From: Candidatus Heimdallarchaeota archaeon | Lineage (GTDB): Archaea > Asgardarchaeota > Heimdallarchaeia > Heimdallarchaeales > Heimdallarchaeaceae | NCBI GenBank assembly: GCA_021399395.1 | Contig: JAAFKJ010000039.1 | Span: 1 to 11,263 of the forward strand | Reading direction: 5' to 3' | DNA length: 11,263 nt | Part shown: positions 8,097 through 11,263 of the stretch, piece by piece | Layout: every line of letters begins with the position of its first letter | Position numbering within the stretch: position 1 is the stretch's first letter | Program-made: the position numbers and the translations under genes | Notes under the pieces: model-generated | The model's input: the letters and a program-made list of their open reading frames with translations, nothing else | Told to the model about the DNA's origin: nothing | Databases searched by the model: none

Positions 8097-8981
8097 ATGA
8101 GCGTGGCATCAATACAACAAATTGAGGAGCTCGGGAGTTTCCTGAGCACTCATGATTTATCACAAATTCTAGCACCAGGATTACGCAAGGCTAGCATCAT
8201 CAAAAGCTACTTTGTTGATCCTGAGGAAGACCGTACTAATAGGATTATGGAATTTGTTCTTCTAGTTTCTAATATTTTCCTTGAATTCTTTCCCACTAAA
8301 CTAGTTACAGAGACTACTATACAATTCCAACGATTTCTCCCTGACTTCTTGGAAGACTTTGGTTCTAGTCGCTACTTTACAAGGAATGTTATCGCTAACT
8401 ACTTCTTAGCTTTACTAGATTTCAGACTTTCATTAGTAGGTTCAAAACTTTCTCCAAATCACGTAGATCTTGTTAGAGAGACTATGGGTATGAAGAAAGG
8501 AAAAATCTTCAGCTACTTTGCTGTTAAGCAGACACAATCGGAACTGCTAGCTGCAGGCTATATTCAACGCAAAAGGAATACAGTCTTTAGCCCTTTACTC
8601 AAGAGTAAGGTAGCTAATATAGTAAATGAAGTAATTCTCTTTTTCCCCGATAAGGAGTTAGAACTTATCAAGCTACAAGAGAAAGCATTCGATTTGATCG
8701 ATGAGCGAATCATTCCTCGCATAGATATTGAGGAAGCAGCATTCGTTATTGTTTCTTCTCTTCTAAATTATTATATTCGGGATGATGGAATTATCCGTGC
8801 ATACTGGGTCTTTATTGGCAGACACTACAGACAGAATGTAGAGTTTCTAAAGAGGAAGGTATATCGATATCGTTCTATGCTTAAAAAAGCAAATAGTGAC
8901 GGTAGGTTGGGTTTAGGTAACGTGGATGAGAGGAGTAGTAGGAACTATGGTAGTACCTCCGATACTAGTAGATACATATGA
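8097..8981 (+). CDS. Hypothetical all-helical protein, tentatively TFB/TFIIB-core (two cyclin folds)-like, no zinc ribbon
   Basis: The long ORF is secure; the product call is tentative. DPEEDRTNRIMEFVLLVS, KAFDLIDE...EEAAFVIVSSLL and IGRHYRQNVEFLKRKVYRYRSML parallel the TFB B-linker/first helix, second cyclin repeat and terminal HTH. The protein has no Cys. The track starts at TTG 8064; ATG 8097 is preferred. Confidence 0.55.
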   Translation: MSVASIQQIEELGSFLSTHDLSQILAPGLRKASIIKSYFVDPEEDRTNRIMEFVLLVSNIFLEFFPTKLVTETTIQFQRFLPDFLEDFGSSRYFTRNVIANYFLALLDFRLSLVGSKLSPNHVDLVRETMGMKKGKIFSYFAVKQTQSELLAAGYIQRKRNTVFSPLLKSKVANIVNEVILFFPDKELELIKLQEKAFDLIDERIIPRIDIEEAAFVIVSSLLNYYIRDDGIIRAYWVFIGRHYRQNVEFLKRKVYRYRSMLKKANSDGRLGLGNVDERSSRNYGSTSDTSRYI

Positions 8982-9684
8982 AGCTTTAGTAGGTGTGTTC
9001 ACTGGAGCTGCAAGAATAACTTTTCTTGCAATCCTAGCACTTTTTATTGCTAAATTTTTCTGGGATATACTCACTGATTGGTTGTTCAAAGATCTTAAAA
9101 AATATTTCAACATCCTCTTCTTTCCTGGTAGTTGGAGTCACCAACTTTGGCACTCACTAATGATCAGAATGTTAGGATATGATGTGAAAGTAAGTTTTCA
9201 TATGTCCATGACTCTACGCGATGTAGCCAGTCAAAGCATTTCTGGAGATTTGAAAAATGTTTACCATGCTTTCTTGATAGGTATTGCTCCGTTAATGAAT
9301 TTTGCTTTGGTAATAGTTCTACTTGTATTCAATAAAGATTTCAAGGATTTCTTTGTTTGGGTAGACTTCCCAGCTGGTCATTATCTGATCGTCTATTTGA
9401 TTATCTGCTTTGTATTCTTTGGATTACCCGATTTTGCTGATTTAATGCTACCGTTTACCACAGCGACAGCCAAACATGCAGAGTTGATATTCTTACTACT
9501 TTTTGGCTTCATCAGTTTTGTTATCGCCATCGGAGTCTGGGGCTATTTCATCCCTCTGATTAATCTCATCTTGTATATCATTGCTTTAATTTATCTTGCT
9601 GAAAAGAAAGTATTTGATAGATCCTTCAAGCCTTTCAAGAAAGGTTTTGAACCAACAACTAAGGAGACTGACCCTGCTGATTAA
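8947..9684 (+). CDS. Multi-pass membrane protein, M50B/zincin-like metalloprotease homologue with HExxH altered to HQLWH (probably inactive)
   Basis: FFPGSWSHQLWHSLMIRMLG matches the PGxxxHExxH.....LG context. Downstream AFLIGIAPL (AGP/APL-like motif) and LPDFAD (candidate third-ligand Asp); about 6 hydrophobic segments. Start is ATG 8947 or 8926. Confidence 0.7.
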   Translation: MVVPPILVDTYEALVGVFTGAARITFLAILALFIAKFFWDILTDWLFKDLKKYFNILFFPGSWSHQLWHSLMIRMLGYDVKVSFHMSMTLRDVASQSISGDLKNVYHAFLIGIAPLMNFALVIVLLVFNKDFKDFFVWVDFPAGHYLIVYLIICFVFFGLPDFADLMLPFTTATAKHAELIFLLLFGFISFVIAIGVWGYFIPLINLILYIIALIYLAEKKVFDRSFKPFKKGFEPTTKETDPAD

Positions 9685-9692
9685 GATCAGCA
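9675..9692. repeat. Perfect 7-bp inverted repeat around the stop codon (TGCTGAT-TAAG-ATCAGCA)
   Basis: Arms 9675-9681 and 9686-9692; the TAA stop (9682-9684) lies in the spacer. Confidence 0.6.
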
Positions 9693-9763
9693 ATGCTAGC
9701 CAAAAATTTTTATCTTCCAAAATCTTTCTCTTCTTATTCCATTGACCGTACTAGGTGTCCTCT

Positions 9764-10696
9764 ATGAAACTTCCCGTAACCTTTGAATCAACTGTTACTT
9801 CTTCTAACCGCGTTACTATCCCTACTTGGTTATCATTCATCGATCCTGGCGATTTACTCGAAGGTTACGTCCAGTTAATTAACAAAGATGACTCTTATCC
9901 TTTCAGCAAGAAAGTCTCCAATTCTAGACACATTACTGTTGGTCACATCAAACCTTTCCTTCAATCCAGAGAACTCCCTTCTCGATTACGTATAACCATC
10001 GAGAAAGTTCACAAACAAATAGCTGATGGATTGGATTTCAATTTAGTTGGGTATAAAGAAGAAAATGGCGGTTATGCGATGAATTTCTCTTCTATTAAAC
10101 CTGAAACCTCTACTCAATTCCATCTAGATACCTTCACAGAGAATTTTGTTAAGAAATATTTTGAAGATGAAACTCAAGCTGTTAAAACTCTATTGAATCC
10201 TTTCTTTCTCGATGAAGTGAAAAAGTGGATTAAACCTGTTTTTCTACCTCTTTATGACGAAATGGGTGCGAAGGTTCCTGTTATTCTCTTCTTAGTTCTC
10301 TCTCAGGATTATTACCAGAAACTAATTGACAACTTATCCAAGATTGATACTCTTCTTCAAAGGTTGATCAACTGGATATATGATATTAATGACTTTAATA
10401 TTGCAACTCTTTCCAAACTTTCATCTCAAATACAGCTAATATTAGAGAAACAAAAAGAACCAGAATATCTAGATATGAAAAGTATTCTATCCTTGCCCTC
10501 ACTCCAGCGAGAGATTGTCTTAATAACTCTAAAAGAACATCGTCATGGAGGAATTACTCTTGATTCTATTGTTAGTCAGGTTCGCAATACTAAACAGAAT
10601 GTCGTAAAGGAAATTGATGCTCTTGTAAAACGAGGGATTCTAAGACAATTCGATGACGAACAAACCATAGTTGTCGACAGTTTATGGGTTGTTTGA
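9764..10696 (+). CDS. Putative transcriptional regulator: tandem AbrB-like (swapped-hairpin) N-terminus, central longin/uDENN-like domain, C-terminal winged helix-turn-helix
   Basis: Repeat units FESTVTSSNRVTIP...IDPGDLLEGYV and FSKKVSNSRHITV...LRITIEKV. C-terminal LPSLQREIVLITL...GITLDSIVSQVRNTKQNVVKEIDALVKRGILRQ fits a MarR/TrmB-type wHTH. AGGTG SD (9753-9757) precedes ATG 9764; the track starts at GTG 9755. Confidence 0.7.
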   Translation: MKLPVTFESTVTSSNRVTIPTWLSFIDPGDLLEGYVQLINKDDSYPFSKKVSNSRHITVGHIKPFLQSRELPSRLRITIEKVHKQIADGLDFNLVGYKEENGGYAMNFSSIKPETSTQFHLDTFTENFVKKYFEDETQAVKTLLNPFFLDEVKKWIKPVFLPLYDEMGAKVPVILFLVLSQDYYQKLIDNLSKIDTLLQRLINWIYDINDFNIATLSKLSSQIQLILEKQKEPEYLDMKSILSLPSLQREIVLITLKEHRHGGITLDSIVSQVRNTKQNVVKEIDALVKRGILRQFDDEQTIVVDSLWVV

Positions 10697-10700
10697 CACA

Positions 10701-10724
10701 TTATTTTTTTAAATTAGCTAGCTA
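10701..10724 (+). promoter_or_regulatory. T-tract (possible terminator) overlapping a candidate TATA box for the next gene
   Basis: TTATTTTTTT follows the 10696 stop; TTTTAAA (10707-10713) is ~28 nt upstream of ATG 10738; palindrome TAGCTAGCTA at 10715-10724. Confidence 0.4.
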
Positions 10725-10737
10725 TAATTATTATCTG

Positions 10738-11263
10738 ATGAAGCGTATTCAAGTAATTGACTTCCTTCGAGGTTTTTCAATTCTTGCTATGCTATTTTTC
10801 CACAGTTCTTATTATTGGTCCTCTCTTCCAAGTAAAGACCAGATGACACAAATGTTAGGTAATCCTTTTGCTGGTTTAGCTTTGCTTTTAGGAAAAGCTG
10901 CTGGGATTTTTGCTTTAATTTCTGGTATGTCTAACGCCGTTAGCATGTCTTCTCGTTTGAAATCAGGTAAGAGCAAACCCAAAGACATATTCCTAAGTGG
11001 ATTAATTACCGGTCTGTGGGTAATAATTGTTGGGAAAATCCAAGTAACTCTTTTTAACCACACATTTATCGGAAATGCAGAATTTCCTTATCCAGATGGT
11101 CCTCCTAATTACACACTTATTGTAGGAAGTATACAAACTGGTTCTCTTCAGTATCCTTCCCTTTATACGTCTCTTTACATGAATACTGCACTTTCTGTAA
11201 TAGGTTTAAGTATAATCTGCACTGGAATAATTTTAGCTCTTCTTGGGTTACGGGGAGGACATA
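10738..11263 (+). CDS. Partial DUF1624 / heparan-alpha-glucosaminide N-acetyltransferase (HGSNAT)-like membrane acyltransferase, truncated by the window end
   Basis: Manual translation MKRIQVIDFLRGFSILAMLFFHSSYYW...GIFALISGMS... stays open to the window edge (175 codons). It has the RxxxxDxxRG......M...H and FxxxSG motifs of this superfamily. Not in the supplied track because it has no stop codon. Confidence 0.85.
   Translation, partial: MKRIQVIDFLRGFSILAMLFFHSSYYWSSLPSKDQMTQMLGNPFAGLALLLGKAAGIFALISGMSNAVSMSSRLKSGKSKPKDIFLSGLITGLWVIIVGKIQVTLFNHTFIGNAEFPYPDGPPNYTLIVGSIQTGSLQYPSLYTSLYMNTALSVIGLSIICTGIILALLGLRGGH

Noticed and set aside
7379-8149. ORFs 7379-7582 (+), 7652-7858 (-) and 7877-8149 (-)
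   Set aside because: They overlap better-supported genes or the divergent promoter region and show no motifs.
8913-9113. 66-aa minus-strand ORF
   Set aside because: Antisense to two better-supported plus-strand genes.
10812-11063. 83-aa minus-strand ORF
   Set aside because: Antisense shadow of the DUF1624/HGSNAT-like gene starting at 10738.
1-11263. Mobile element, defence island, or rRNA/tRNA genes
   Set aside because: No transposase, integrase, nuclease or NTPase motifs, no terminal repeats, and no GC-rich structured RNA segment were visible by eye.

Overview
AT-rich window with archaeal-type signals (TATA/BRE-like boxes, GAGGT/GGTG ribosome-binding sites, oligo-T tracts). The gene set suggests an Asgard archaeon (Heimdall-/Loki-/Thor-like); this is inferred from protein style, not from a marker gene. 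Left part: two divergently transcribed, C-terminally anchored surface proteins (a parallel beta-helix protein with acidic Ca-binding repeats, and an S8 protease with a ~110-aa insertion in its catalytic domain), then a convergent TPR protein. Middle: a broken reading frame absent from the ORF track (decayed AbrB-like gene, or less likely a UGA-recoded ORF), a hairpin plus U10 tract, and a 4-TM membrane protein. Right part, the best candidate for an undescribed system: three co-oriented genes encoding a TFB/cyclin-fold-like protein without a zinc ribbon, an M50B/zincin-like membrane protein whose HExxH reads HQxxH, and a tandem-AbrB + longin/uDENN-like + winged-helix protein. The window ends in a partial DUF1624/HGSNAT-like membrane acyltransferase that the ORF track missed. 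I found no rRNA, tRNA, CRISPR array or mobile element. All domain calls are by-eye motif recognition and need profile or structure searches.
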